Positions 9,073 through 19,097 are shown, numbered from the stretch's first letter. The stretch is DNA of 64,000 nucleotides from Candidatus Levyibacteriota bacterium (GCA_027334565.1 DAHWUP010000001.1:158726-222725); one strand, 5' to 3'. Made by a program: numbers and translations. Notes: generated by a model not told the origin, from the letters alone.

Positions 9073-9596
9073 GATTTCGGGAAGATCGCCGAAAACGGAG
9101 GACTTTCCTGATCCCTTTTTGACAAAAAAGGTTTAGCATCGGTTTGCCAGTTTATATTTAGATCCTTATCGTTCCATCTGACGTCTTTTTCCCTGCCCGG
9201 CGACCATTCTTCGTCGGTGATATACACGTAATCGGCCTCCTCGCTTAAAACCAGATATGAATTTCCCAGTCCGGCCGGAACAAATAGGGCCATCCTGTTG
9301 TCATCTCCCAGCATGAATGACTCGTACTTTCCATAATTTGCAGACTCCGTTCTACAATCCACAATTACAACCTGGACCTTACCTTTAACCACATAAATTA
9401 TCTTGTTCCAGGGAGCAACATGGATCCCGCGCAGTGTATTTTTGGTAGAATGCGCATGATTCACCTGTTTTGGGATGAAACTTTTGCCGGTTTCTTTTCC
9501 CAGCGCCCCAAATCTCAATACCTCTTTAAAAAATCCTCTTTCATCCGCATGGGCAGGAGACTCGAGCCTAACGATACCCTCGATCTTTGTTTCCAT
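9069..9596 (-). CDS. rfbC: dTDP-4-dehydrorhamnose 3,5-epimerase
   Basis: DERGFFKE, NTLRGIH, WNDKDLNINW, LSKRD. Confidence 0.9.
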   Translation of the reverse strand: METKIEGIVRLESPAHADERGFFKEVLRFGALGKETGKSFIPKQVNHAHSTKNTLRGIHVAPWNKIIYVVKGKVQVVIVDCRTESANYGKYESFMLGDDNRMALFVPAGLGNSYLVLSEEADYVYITDEEWSPGREKDVRWNDKDLNINWQTDAKPFLSKRDQESPPFSAIFPKS

Positions 9597-9682
9597 GAAA
9601 TGATTGTAGCATTTTTCTTAAAGATTTCCACTCGGGAAATCTTCAAGTATTATTGCTATAATAAGCATCGTCTCGAATTTTT

Positions 9683-10747
9683 ATGTATACATTGCAAGAA
9701 TTTAAAACTGTTTTTGACCCCATCCTGAAGGAATTCCTGGACAAAAGAATAAATGAATTTTTGAGAAATACAACCGATCCTTTTGTCAGGGACTTTGTAT
9801 TGTATTCAAAGACACTGTCTTTAGCCGGTGGAAAAAGGATCAGGCCTTATATTGCTTACATTATGTATACGGCAAGTGGAGGGAAAAATACCGAGGCGGC
9901 ATTAAGATTATTTGTCTGTTTTGAAATATTTCATATGTTTGCCCTGATGCATGACGATGTGATGGACAAGCAGGACAAAAGACACGGGATTGCCACGGTT
10001 CATGCCTATGTTTTGGAAAGATTGAAAGAAAATGACAGGACCGGCGATTTGGAAAATGTCGCAAAAGCACAGGGAATTCTGGCGGGAAGTCTGTTCTTCT
10101 CATGGGCAATGGAATTGTTCCTGGATGATAAAGAATTTCCCGGTAAAAACCTAAAAATCGCCCATGATTATTTTTATAAAATGGTTGACGAGGTCTGCTT
10201 GGGTCAAATATTTGATATAGACACCACCTCAAGGAAAGTAACCCCCGAGGAACTGGTAACACAAAAAACCATACTTAAAACGTCTCGCTATACATTCGTA
10301 AGACCGGCACAAATCGGCGCGCACTTAGCTGATCCCAACAACAAGCTTGACGATTACTTGGAAAATTTAGGAACCAAGCTCGGTATTGCGTTTCAGCTGC
10401 AGGATGACCTGCTCGATATAATCGGTGATACAAAGAAGCTTGAGAAAAATATCTTAAGGGACGTCGCCGACAGGCAAAGCACGTTTTTTACCAATTTTGT
10501 ATTACATAAGGGCAGCAAGATGCAAAGGGAAAAATTTTTGCATTATTTCGGCAATGAATTAAACTCCGGTGAACAAGAAGAAGTGATAAATATTTTTACC
10601 GAATCCGGTGCGATAGACGCAGGTAAAAAATTAATTTTACAAAACCTTGAAGAAGCCAAAAGACTAATCAATATGGCCGATTTGGGCAACGATTATAAAA
10701 AAACGTGTTTGGATTTAATTCAAATTATGCAGGATCGTCAAAATTAG
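9683..10747 (+). CDS. Polyprenyl (probably GGPP) synthase
   Basis: GGKRIRP; FARM HDDVMD with Phe at -5; SARM FQLQDDLLD. Confidence 0.9.
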   Translation: MYTLQEFKTVFDPILKEFLDKRINEFLRNTTDPFVRDFVLYSKTLSLAGGKRIRPYIAYIMYTASGGKNTEAALRLFVCFEIFHMFALMHDDVMDKQDKRHGIATVHAYVLERLKENDRTGDLENVAKAQGILAGSLFFSWAMELFLDDKEFPGKNLKIAHDYFYKMVDEVCLGQIFDIDTTSRKVTPEELVTQKTILKTSRYTFVRPAQIGAHLADPNNKLDDYLENLGTKLGIAFQLQDDLLDIIGDTKKLEKNILRDVADRQSTFFTNFVLHKGSKMQREKFLHYFGNELNSGEQEEVINIFTESGAIDAGKKLILQNLEEAKRLINMADLGNDYKKTCLDLIQIMQDRQN

Positions 10748-10784
10748 CGTCCAACCTTCGGTTTTGGTATAATCTAACCCTGTT

Positions 10785-11825
10785 ATGGTAACGGAATCTC
10801 CGCAATTCAATTACGGCCAGGTACCCGAAATTCCTCCCGGATTTAATGTGCAAGAAGTATTTGTGGCCGGGAATAGAGGTACCTGCGGAGGGGTTGAAAT
10901 GACCCTTGCCGCCGTAAGTCAGATCATGGAAGTTGTTCCGCAAGAAATTCCCATTTACGCAACAAACACACCGATTAACTTTCCCCAGGCTTTTGAACGA
11001 TATGGAGATCGGCTTAAAATTGCAGGTGGAAATATTTCGGATGTTCCCGATGGCTCTATACTTATAGTATCGGCGCATGGCGCACCCCCAAGTTTATTTG
11101 ATGAGGCAAAATCAAAAAATCTACATGTAATAGATGTCACCTGTCCAATCGTGACCGAAGAGCAAAAGCTAGTTAGAAATACTGCCGCGAAAGGAATTCC
11201 GATTGTCTATCTTGGAGAAGAAAATCACCCTGAAACCATTGGAATTAAAGGCCAGGTCCCAAAAGGCGCCATCAAAGTTTTCGATCCGAATGAACCGATC
11301 CCCGAAGATGAACACATTCCCGACGGAGCAAAGTTATTTGTTAAAACGACCAATGATCCGGCCAGGAATGAATTAAGAGCAAACGAACTTAAGGAACGTG
11401 TAGGCGAACTCGACGACACAAGAATCCTCCCCTGCTATGCTTTAAAAAACAGATATGCCGCGGGCAAACCGCTCATCGAAGGTGTGGATTTATGGATGGT
11501 GGTAGGTGATATATCAAGCAACAACGCGAGAGGGTTAAGAGATATAGAAGTAAAGGGACCGGCGGGGGAAGGAAAATTAATACCGCGTATGCTTGTCGGA
11601 AAACCTCAGGATATCGATTGGGAAATGTTTACGCCTTCGGTAAGAAAAGTCGGGGTCACGGCGGCTGCTTCGGCGCCAGAAGAGTTCACGCAACGAATAT
11701 TGAATGAATTTAGGCGCTTAGGCGTAAATGTGATAGAATTACCACAGGTATTACCCGAAATGCCAAGAACATTCAGATTACCCAAAGAACAATTGGAGGC
11801 GTTAAGACAAAAATATGCGGACTAA
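10785..11825 (+). CDS. ispH: 4-hydroxy-3-methylbut-2-enyl diphosphate reductase (divergent)
   Basis: Three cluster Cys (RGTCGGV, DVTCPIV, PCYA); SAHG, HPE, SSN, GVTAAASAPE. Confidence 0.85.
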   Translation: MVTESPQFNYGQVPEIPPGFNVQEVFVAGNRGTCGGVEMTLAAVSQIMEVVPQEIPIYATNTPINFPQAFERYGDRLKIAGGNISDVPDGSILIVSAHGAPPSLFDEAKSKNLHVIDVTCPIVTEEQKLVRNTAAKGIPIVYLGEENHPETIGIKGQVPKGAIKVFDPNEPIPEDEHIPDGAKLFVKTTNDPARNELRANELKERVGELDDTRILPCYALKNRYAAGKPLIEGVDLWMVVGDISSNNARGLRDIEVKGPAGEGKLIPRMLVGKPQDIDWEMFTPSVRKVGVTAAASAPEEFTQRILNEFRRLGVNVIELPQVLPEMPRTFRLPKEQLEALRQKYAD

Positions 11826-11834
11826 TTAAAAATT

Positions 11835-12377
11835 ATGAACAAATATTACAAACAAAAACAGATCATTGCCAGAGTCAATAAAAAGGGTGAAATAATCGGC
11901 CGGATCGAAAAATGGGAGGCACATAAAAAAGGCATCTTACATAAAGCTTTAACCGTCAGCCTGATCTATAAAGATCATTATGTGATCCAACATAGAAAAC
12001 ATATTGCCTTCGACGGAGTGTTTGACATAACTATTTCGTCACATCAGCTTTATATAAATGATAAACTGCAGTCTACGATCGAAGCCGGTCTTGACTGCTT
12101 ACAACGAGAGTGGAACTTAACTGCCAAAGATTTTATCGGAAAACCTAAGATTTTGGGAGCGGTCTATTATAAAGCAAAGGATGAGAAAAGTATTTTTACC
12201 GAACATGAGGTTTGTGACATGGTTGAAGTAAAATTAAAAAGGCTGCCCCAACCGAATTTCGATTTTGCTTACGGTTATTCGCTGGTAAAAAAAGAGGAAT
12301 TACTGAATAAAAACAGCAGGATCTACGAAAATCTCGCCCCGTGGGTAAAGGTTGCGATTGCAAAAAAAATGATTTAA
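11835..12377 (+). CDS. idi: Type 1 isopentenyl-diphosphate isomerase-like NUDIX protein
   Basis: [23 protein letters not shown]; context next to prenyl synthase. Confidence 0.75.
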   Translation: MNKYYKQKQIIARVNKKGEIIGRIEKWEAHKKGILHKALTVSLIYKDHYVIQHRKHIAFDGVFDITISSHQLYINDKLQSTIEAGLDCLQREWNLTAKDFIGKPKILGAVYYKAKDEKSIFTEHEVCDMVEVKLKRLPQPNFDFAYGYSLVKKEELLNKNSRIYENLAPWVKVAIAKKMI

Positions 12378-12393
12378 TATTCAATCACTTATC

Positions 12394-12732
12394 ATGATAC
12401 TTATCAAAAGAGTTTATGACTCTCCTTCCGGAAAAGACGGCTTAAGAATTTTGGTGGACCGGCTTTGGCCAAGAGGATTATCGAAAGAAAAAGCTAAAGC
12501 GGATTTGTGGTTAAAAGAAGTAGCACCGTCAGACAGCTTAAGGGAATGGTTTGACCATAAAGATTATAAATGGGAAGAATTTAAAAAGCGATATTTTGAG
12601 GAACTTAAAAACAAAAAGGATGTTATCCAACAAATAAAAGACCGGAAAGGAACGATTACTCTTTTATTCGGAGCGAAAAATCTCCAATATAATAATGCCG
12701 TAGCTCTAAAAGAATATCTAAAAAAAGATTGA
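12394..12732 (+). CDS. DUF488 (YeaO) family protein
   Basis: [24 protein letters not shown]. Confidence 0.9.
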   Translation: MILIKRVYDSPSGKDGLRILVDRLWPRGLSKEKAKADLWLKEVAPSDSLREWFDHKDYKWEEFKKRYFEELKNKKDVIQQIKDRKGTITLLFGAKNLQYNNAVALKEYLKKD

Positions 12733-12740
12733 AAATTTAA

Positions 12741-13178
12741 CTACCTCTTCGGGCTTTGTTTCTTTCGTCTTGCCTTACCGCCCATTCCGACCTTTCTTCG
12801 TTGTCTGACCCTCGGATCTCTTGTCAAAAAACCTTTTTTTCTTAAAATTTGTTTGTTCTTTTCATCGATTTGAGACAGGGCCTTGGATACACCGTGTATG
12901 AATGCTCCCAATTGACTTTGATTACCGCCACCTTCGACCCTGGCGGTAATGGTGTATTTACCTAAATTATTCGTTATTTTTAACGGTTCTTCAAAATAAG
13001 CCTTGGCCACCAAGCCGCTAAAATATTTGTCAACCGGCAGGTCATTGATAAAAATGTCTCCTTTTTTAACGGTCAATGTCCCTGCGGTCAGTGTTTCTTT
13101 TAAATCTTTATAAAGTCTGACCCTTGCGACGGCTTCTTTTCTCTTTCCTTTGGTGAAAATATAATTTTTATCTGCCAT
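12741..13178 (-). CDS. rpsI: 30S ribosomal protein S9
   Basis: GKRKEAVARV, LTRDPR, ARRKKQSPKR. Confidence 0.97.
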   Translation of the reverse strand: MADKNYIFTKGKRKEAVARVRLYKDLKETLTAGTLTVKKGDIFINDLPVDKYFSGLVAKAYFEEPLKITNNLGKYTITARVEGGGNQSQLGAFIHGVSKALSQIDEKNKQILRKKGFLTRDPRVRQRRKVGMGGKARRKKQSPKR

Positions 13179-13180
13179 AA

Positions 13181-13639
13181 TTATTTCTTTTTCCCCTCGT
13201 CGGATTTACCGTTTAAAGATTCCTTTTTGAATTTATCCTTATAATTATGTTCCTCGTTCGCGAAAACGTAAAGCCTTTTAAGCATCGATGCCCTCAGTCT
13301 ATTTTGGGGAAGCATTCCCGAAACCGCATGTCTTACTATTTCAACCGGCTTCTTGGCCCTCAATTCCTGTAACGTTTGCTGTTTAAAACCTCCGGGATAA
13401 CCCGAATGCCTGTAATACTTTTTTTGTGTTTCCTTCTTGCCGCTCACTTTGATATCTTTAGCATTTATTACCACCACGTAGTCTCCCATATCCAAATTCC
13501 TGACGAAATTGGCTTTACTTTTTCCCATCAAAAATTGTGCGATATCCGATGCGCTTCTGCCTAATATTTTATTTTTGACATCAACCAAATGCCAATCTCT
13601 TTTTATTTCGCTTAATTTGGTCGAGTTTGTGTTTGCCAT
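13181..13639 (-). CDS. rplM: 50S ribosomal protein L13
   Basis: GDYVVVINA, YYRHSGYPGG. Confidence 0.97.
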   Translation of the reverse strand: MANTNSTKLSEIKRDWHLVDVKNKILGRSASDIAQFLMGKSKANFVRNLDMGDYVVVINAKDIKVSGKKETQKKYYRHSGYPGGFKQQTLQELRAKKPVEIVRHAVSGMLPQNRLRASMLKRLYVFANEEHNYKDKFKKESLNGKSDEGKKK

Positions 13640-13641
13640 AT

Positions 13642-14118
13642 CTATTTTTTAGCTTTCTTAACTACCCTTTTTGCGGGTTTTTTCGTTTCCTTTGTTTGTT
13701 TTTGAGTTGTCCTGGCGGCAGATTTTCTGTCGTTTCTTTTTATTCCTTCCACGGGAACTATTTCCATCTTATCCACCCACTCGATCAATACCAATGGTGA
13801 ATTATCACCGAATCTTTCACCCAAACGTACTATCCGGGTATAACCTCCCTGTCTTTGGGCAAACCTTGGACCAATTTCTTTGGTCATTTTTTCAAAAGCC
13901 TCTTTTGATAAGCTTTTTTGTAAAACTGCGTCTGCTCCTTTTTCCAAATGTTTAGCTTTGGTCACCAGTTTTTCGATTTCAGGTTTGATTGCTTTTGCTT
14001 TAGCCTCGGTGGTCTTGATGCTTTCCTGTAGAACCAGAGACGACATCAACGCCTTAAAAAGCGCCGTTCTTTCGTTCATGTCCCTCCCCAGTTTTCTTCC
14101 GTATACATTTTTTTTCAT
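13642..14118 (-). CDS. rplQ: 50S ribosomal protein L17 with basic C-terminal extension
   Basis: RKLGR, IKTTEAKAK, GGYTRIV. Confidence 0.97.
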   Translation of the reverse strand: MKKNVYGRKLGRDMNERTALFKALMSSLVLQESIKTTEAKAKAIKPEIEKLVTKAKHLEKGADAVLQKSLSKEAFEKMTKEIGPRFAQRQGGYTRIVRLGERFGDNSPLVLIEWVDKMEIVPVEGIKRNDRKSAARTTQKQTKETKKPAKRVVKKAKK

Positions 14119-14144
14119 ATATTCCCTACTTGCTCCAATACTAA

Positions 14145-14203
14145 AAAATCTTAAATCTCAAAACTATCTTGGTTTAACTTATTAATTTGAGATCTAAGAT
14201 TTT
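14145..14203. repeat. AT-rich inverted repeat built from 7-8-mer units
   Basis: AAAATCTTAAATCTCAAA / TTTGAGATCTAAGATTTT (17/18 complementary). Confidence 0.75.
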
Positions 14204-14213
14204 GAGATTATAT

Positions 14214-15137
14214 CTAACTTTGAAGACTAATTCCTTTTTCTTTCAATTTTTCTTCGATGATTTCAATTGATTTCCCGCCCATATTACGCATGGATATTAA
14301 ATCTTTTCTCGGGACTTCCAGAAGTTGTCCGATGGTCTCGATTCCGCCGTTTCTTAAGGTGTTATATATTCTGGTCGGAAGGTCCAGCTCATCAACGGTC
14401 ATTCTGAGTGTTGCCTCAGCTATTCCGGTTAAAACAGGATTCGCATCCTCAACGTCGACTTCTTTAGGCTGATATATTTGACGGAAATAGGCAGATAGTA
14501 TCTTTGCCGCTTCGTCCAACGCCTCTCTGGGCTTGACCACACCGTTGGTCCAAATCTTTAGCGTAAGTTTATCGAGGTTTGTCTGTCTTCCTACCCTGGT
14601 TAGCGATACTTCAGGAATAACCCTTCTAATCGGTGTAAAGACCGCATCTGTCGCCAGCACACCTAAGGTTGAAATTTTTCTTTCGTCCGCCAACGAATAC
14701 CCCATTCCTCTTTCAACCGTTAACTCCATATCCAACTTTGCTTTTTTATCACTTAAAAATCCCAAATAATGGTCTTTATTTACTACTTCTACGTCTTCGG
14801 GAAGCTCAAGGTCGGCCGCCGTAATTTCTTTGGGGCCTCTTACGGATAATTTGATCGTGCTTTCGGATTTGGAATCCAACAGTCTTAAATTTAACCCTTT
14901 AATGTTTAACAGTAGATCGACGACATTTTCCTTTAAGCCCGGGATCGTTGTGAACTTGTGTTTTGCACCCGATATTTTTACCGAGGTGACAGCTGCCCCC
15001 GGGATAGATACCAATAATACTCTTCTTAAAGCGCTTCCCAAGGTATGACCGAATCCCGACTCCAATGGTTCGATGACGAATTCACCGTAATCCTCGGTGA
15101 CTTTTTCCTCTTTAATTTTAAACGTAGGCTCAACCAT
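14214..15137 (-). CDS. rpoA: RNA polymerase alpha subunit
   Basis: EPLESGFGHTLGSALRRVLL; alpha-CTD. Confidence 0.98.
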   Translation of the reverse strand: MVEPTFKIKEEKVTEDYGEFVIEPLESGFGHTLGSALRRVLLVSIPGAAVTSVKISGAKHKFTTIPGLKENVVDLLLNIKGLNLRLLDSKSESTIKLSVRGPKEITAADLELPEDVEVVNKDHYLGFLSDKKAKLDMELTVERGMGYSLADERKISTLGVLATDAVFTPIRRVIPEVSLTRVGRQTNLDKLTLKIWTNGVVKPREALDEAAKILSAYFRQIYQPKEVDVEDANPVLTGIAEATLRMTVDELDLPTRIYNTLRNGGIETIGQLLEVPRKDLISMRNMGGKSIEIIEEKLKEKGISLQS

Positions 15138-15154
15138 AGCTTAATATTCTACCA

Positions 15155-15757
15155 TTATCTTGAATAATATTCAATAATTAGCTGCAGATCGAACGGAACC
15201 TGCATATCGCTTAATTTAGGCAGCCTGACAAGCTTTCCCGAAAAAGCTTTTCTCTGCAAAAAAGGCAAAACTTCGGTCTCTTCTTTAGCCAATTCCAGGA
15301 CCTGAGGATTGTTCTGTAGTTTTGGCGAAAGACTTATTACGTCATCAACTTTCACCTGATAAGAAGGGATCGAAAGTTTTTTACCATTTACCAAAACATG
15401 GCCGTGGGAAACCAATTGCCTGGCCATAAATCTGGTTTTGGCAAAGCCAAGTCTGTAAACAACGTTATCCAATCTCGTCTCAAGCATCGAAATTACCAAT
15501 TCTTTGGTGTCGCCTTTTCTCTTTTGAACCGTTTGAACGGTTCTTTTGAATTGTTTTTCCAAAACGCCGTAGGTGGTTTTCGCTTTCTGTTTTTCGCGGA
15601 GCTGTAAACCGAATTCGGAAAGTCTTCTTTTTCCTTTTTTGCCGTGATCACCGGGAGGGATATTTAATCTTCGCAACAAACTTTGCGAAGATTTATCCAA
15701 TAGATTTACCCCCTCTTTTCTAACCAGTCTGTGTTTTGGTCCGGTATACCTGGCCAT
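15155..15757 (-). CDS. rpsD: 30S ribosomal protein S4
   Basis: [29 protein letters not shown]. Confidence 0.98.
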   Translation of the reverse strand: MARYTGPKHRLVRKEGVNLLDKSSQSLLRRLNIPPGDHGKKGKRRLSEFGLQLREKQKAKTTYGVLEKQFKRTVQTVQKRKGDTKELVISMLETRLDNVVYRLGFAKTRFMARQLVSHGHVLVNGKKLSIPSYQVKVDDVISLSPKLQNNPQVLELAKEETEVLPFLQRKAFSGKLVRLPKLSDMQVPFDLQLIIEYYSR

Positions 15758-16158
15758 TAAATTCTCCTCCTTTTCTCAGCTCTTGGACCGTTATGAGGGA
15801 TCGGGGTTAAATCGGCGATCAATGAGATTGAAAGACCGGCAGATTTGATTGCCCTTAACGCGGCATCCCGTCCGGCACCGGGTCCTTTGATATAAACGTC
15901 AACAACCTTGATTCCTTTTTCCAGCACTTTGCTTGCGGCTTTTTCAACCGCGGTGGTTGCCGCAAAGGGAGTCGATTTTCTGGTGCCCTTAAATCCGGCG
16001 GCTCCTGCGCTGCTCCAGGCAACGGTATCACCCGCTTCGTTGGTAAAAGTTACCAACGTGTTATTGAAAGTCGCTAAAACATATACTCGTCCTTTTTCGG
16101 TCAATTTAAGGTTGGATTTTTTAACTTTTGTTTTGGTCGTTTCTTCTTTATTTGCCAT
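15757..16158 (-). CDS. rpsK: 30S ribosomal protein S11
   Basis: [25 protein letters not shown]. Confidence 0.98.
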   Translation of the reverse strand: MANKEETTKTKVKKSNLKLTEKGRVYVLATFNNTLVTFTNEAGDTVAWSSAGAAGFKGTRKSTPFAATTAVEKAASKVLEKGIKVVDVYIKGPGAGRDAALRAIKSAGLSISLIADLTPIPHNGPRAEKRRRI

Positions 16159-16170
16159 AATTTATCAAAC

Positions 16171-16566
16171 TTACTCGGATACAAGCCCCATTTTGGCTGC
16201 TACCTCTTTTTTGATCGCTCCGATAGTAACTCTTTTACCGCGTTTGGTTCTTGCATTCGATTTGGTCCTCTGGCCTCTCACGGGAAGGTTTCTGCTATGC
16301 CTTAGTCCCCTGTAGCTTCCGATCTCCTTTAACCGCTTGATGTTATCCTGAATTTCCACTCTTAAATCACCTTCAAGCTTATATGTTTCCAGTACTTTTT
16401 GAATATTTTTTTGTTCCTCCTCGGTCAATGCTTTGATTCTTTTTGAAGGTTCAACCCCTGCTTTCATCAGCACTTCGCCGACGTTTCCACGTCCGATACC
16501 AAAAAGGTAGGTTAAACCTATATCCACTCTTTTTTCGTCCGGTAAATTTATTCCCGAAATTCTCAT
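16171..16566 (-). CDS. rpsM: 30S ribosomal protein S13
   Basis: RISGINLP, YRGLRH, LPVRGQRTKSNART. Confidence 0.98.
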   Translation of the reverse strand: MRISGINLPDEKRVDIGLTYLFGIGRGNVGEVLMKAGVEPSKRIKALTEEEQKNIQKVLETYKLEGDLRVEIQDNIKRLKEIGSYRGLRHSRNLPVRGQRTKSNARTKRGKRVTIGAIKKEVAAKMGLVSE

Positions 16567-16575
16567 ATATTTAAA

Positions 16576-16689
16576 TTATCCTTGCCGTTGGTTATGTCTC
16601 GGATTATCACAGACAACCCTTAAAACCCCTCTTCTTTTTATAATTTTACATTTTACACATCTTTGTTTAACGCTTGCTTGAACTTTCAT
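16576..16689 (-). CDS. rpmJ: 50S ribosomal protein L36 (Zn-binding form; not in ORF track)
   Basis: [37 protein letters not shown]. Confidence 0.97.
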   Translation of the reverse strand: MKVQASVKQRCVKCKIIKRRGVLRVVCDNPRHNQRQG

Positions 16690-16706
16690 AATTAAAACCC
16701 CTTCGG

Positions 16707-16925
16707 TTATTTGCCTCTATAAACTATTCTTCCCTTTTCTTTATCATACGGTGTCATTTCCACCTTAACTTTGTCTCCCGGAAGAATTTTAATAAAATTC
16801 ATCCGCATTTTACCGGATAAATGACAAAGAATTATCTGACCGTTTTCAAGTTCAACCCGAAACAACGTGTTTGGAAGTGATTCTTTAACCACTCCGTCCA
16901 ATTCTATTGAGCCTTGATGAGCCAT
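16707..16925 (-). CDS. infA: Translation initiation factor IF-1
   Basis: [32 protein letters not shown]; alternative start at 16943. Confidence 0.97.
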   Translation of the reverse strand: MAHQGSIELDGVVKESLPNTLFRVELENGQIILCHLSGKMRMNFIKILPGDKVKVEMTPYDKEKGRIVYRGK

Positions 16926-16970
16926 ATATTCTGTTCCGGCCATCGATGAACGGCCGAAACCATAAAAATA

Positions 16971-17044
16971 TAAATCCTAAACCACTCTTTAAGTGCGTTT
17001 AGAATTTACCCGATTATTATATCAAAGCCGGCCAAAAAGAGCAA
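16971..17044 (-). promoter_or_regulatory. infA promoter (TTGCTC-17-TATAAT) and leader hairpin
   Basis: -10 at 17016-17021, -35 at 17039-17044; stem TAAATCCTAAAC/GTTTAGAATTTA at 16971-17008. Confidence 0.6.
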
Positions 17045-17104
17045 ACTAAATAATAAAATTTGTTAAGGCAATTAAAAAACCTTTAACCCCAAATCAATAA
17101 TTTC

Positions 17105-17857
17105 TTAGGGTGTAAGTAACTTCGGTCCCTTGTTCGTAATCGCAATTGTCCGTTCAAAAAGTCCGGAAAGCGAACCGTCTCTGGTCCTCAGCGTCCAACC
17201 GTCGTTATCCAGGGTAAGATCCGGATCGCCCATATTATAAATCACCTCAATGGCGATCACCATCCCTTCCTTAAGTTCGGGAGATTTTCCTCTTCGACCG
17301 AAGATATACCCCGGTACCTCGGGCTCCTCATGCAATTCTTTCCCCACCCCGTGTCCAACCAGGCTTCGAACAACCGAATATCCTCCTTCAACTTCCACGA
17401 TATGTTGAATTATCCCGGAAATATCAAAGACGCGGTTACCGACAACAGCCTGTTTGATACTTTCTTCCAATGCTTTTTTACCAGTTGCAATAAATTTCTT
17501 AACCTCGTCGGATACCGGTTCAACGACCGTTGTCTCCGACATGTCCGAATGAAAACCGTTATAGTATGCTCCGCAGTCGATTCCGACTTTATCGCCGGCT
17601 TTGAACCGATAAGCGGAAGGAATTCCGTGCACACAAACGTCGTTGGTGGAAATACATATCGTATGTTTATATCCTTCGACCTTTTTAAATCCCGGTTCTC
17701 CGCCTTTTTCGATGATCAATTTTTCCGCCAAAGCGTCCAGTTCAAGTTCGGAAACCCCCGGCCCAACGGCTTTAATAAGTTCCCACATTGTCTCGCTCAG
17801 GATTTTCCCCGCATGTTCCATAATTTTTAACTCTTGTGATGTTTTTAGCTTAATCAT
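17105..17857 (-). CDS. map: Methionine aminopeptidase type I
   Basis: CVHGIP, IDCG, HSD, GHGVG..LHEEP, AIE. Confidence 0.97.
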   Translation of the reverse strand: MIKLKTSQELKIMEHAGKILSETMWELIKAVGPGVSELELDALAEKLIIEKGGEPGFKKVEGYKHTICISTNDVCVHGIPSAYRFKAGDKVGIDCGAYYNGFHSDMSETTVVEPVSDEVKKFIATGKKALEESIKQAVVGNRVFDISGIIQHIVEVEGGYSVVRSLVGHGVGKELHEEPEVPGYIFGRRGKSPELKEGMVIAIEVIYNMGDPDLTLDNDGWTLRTRDGSLSGLFERTIAITNKGPKLLTP

Positions 17858-18546
17858 CTGACCAACTCCCTTTCTTTTAATTTTTTAATGACAGCAGCAA
17901 CCGTTTCATCTACCGTTTGACTTGAATTATCCAAAGTCCAATAACCATATTTATCAGGCTTCAGGGGTAACGGGTCCACTTTCCGATGCGAATCTCTATA
18001 GTCCCTTTCTTTGACCTCATGCAAAACTTCCGATAAAGTTTTGATGATCCCTTTTTGCTTATATCTTTCGAGACCTCTCTTCACTCTGACTTGGACGTTA
18101 GCAGTCAAAAATATTTTTAATTCGGCGTTTGGCAAGACCCTGGTACCTATATCTCTTCCTTCCATGATCACAATTTTTCCTTTCCCGATGCTATTCTTAG
18201 CTAATAATTGTTGTTTTTTGACCAGCTCATTTCTAACTTCAGGGTAAACGCCAACAATGGAGCTCCCATTGGATACATCCTCTTTTCTTATCCGTTGTGT
18301 TACATTCCTTCCGTTCAAAAAAACTTTTCGGTTATCAATGACTATATTCGCTTTATGCAAAATATTAACAACATTTTTTTCGATATTGACATCAAGCTTA
18401 TTTTGAATGCAGAGTAGAGCAATGCAACGGTAGGTTACACCGGTGTCGATAGCGCTTCCTTTGAGTTTCTTTGCTAAGGCGGTAGCGATAGTGCCTTTTC
18501 CGGCAGCCACCGGTCCGTCAATTGCAATCGAATAACCTTTATTCAT
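17854..18546 (-). CDS. cmk: Cytidylate kinase
   Basis: IAIDGPVAAGKGT, MEGRDIGT, ERDYRD. Confidence 0.93.
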   Translation of the reverse strand: MNKGYSIAIDGPVAAGKGTIATALAKKLKGSAIDTGVTYRCIALLCIQNKLDVNIEKNVVNILHKANIVIDNRKVFLNGRNVTQRIRKEDVSNGSSIVGVYPEVRNELVKKQQLLAKNSIGKGKIVIMEGRDIGTRVLPNAELKIFLTANVQVRVKRGLERYKQKGIIKTLSEVLHEVKERDYRDSHRKVDPLPLKPDKYGYWTLDNSSQTVDETVAAVIKKLKERELVR

Positions 18547-18563
18547 AATGTTCGAAAACGGGG

Positions 18564-19097
18564 TTAATTTAGTCTTTCCAGAATTTCTTTGGTAATTTTT
18601 TCTATCGTCTGTTCCCCGTTAACATACATAAGTTTTCCTCTTTCCTTATAATATTCCAAAACGGGTTTGGTATGTTCGTGAAAAACATCAATTCTCTTTC
18701 TGATTGCCTGAAGTGTTTCGTCTTCGCGCTCTTGCTCCCTATCCGAGAGTCTCCATAACGCTTCTTTGTCCGACACGTCAAGAAAAATTGCCCGGTCCAC
18801 CCCGTCTTTAAATTCTTCCGCCTGTCGCAAAGTCCTGGGAAAACCGTCCAGGATATAACCGTTTTGATATTGCGGTTTTGCCAAATATTCTTCGACTATT
18901 TCCAAGGTCCTATGGTCAGGAATCAAAAAACCGGCGTTAATGGTTTCTTTGATATATCTACCGTTCTGGGTTTTTTCCTTTGCAAGTTCACGGAAAATAT
19001 GTCCGGTAGAAAGATAAGGAATATTTAATTTTTTGGACAACAAATTTCCTTGCGTCGATTTGCCGGAACCTTGAATACCGATTAAGACTAATTTCAT
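18564..19097 (-). CDS. adk: Adenylate kinase (short LID)
   Basis: GIQGSGKSTQG, ILDGFPRT. Confidence 0.95.
   Translation of the reverse strand: MKLVLIGIQGSGKSTQGNLLSKKLNIPYLSTGHIFRELAKEKTQNGRYIKETINAGFLIPDHRTLEIVEEYLAKPQYQNGYILDGFPRTLRQAEEFKDGVDRAIFLDVSDKEALWRLSDREQEREDETLQAIRKRIDVFHEHTKPVLEYYKERGKLMYVNGEQTIEKITKEILERLN

Noticed and set aside
17046-17112. LIALTN-like frame and hairpin after map
   Set aside because: Not an exact peptide match; better explained as a terminator plus AT-rich spacer
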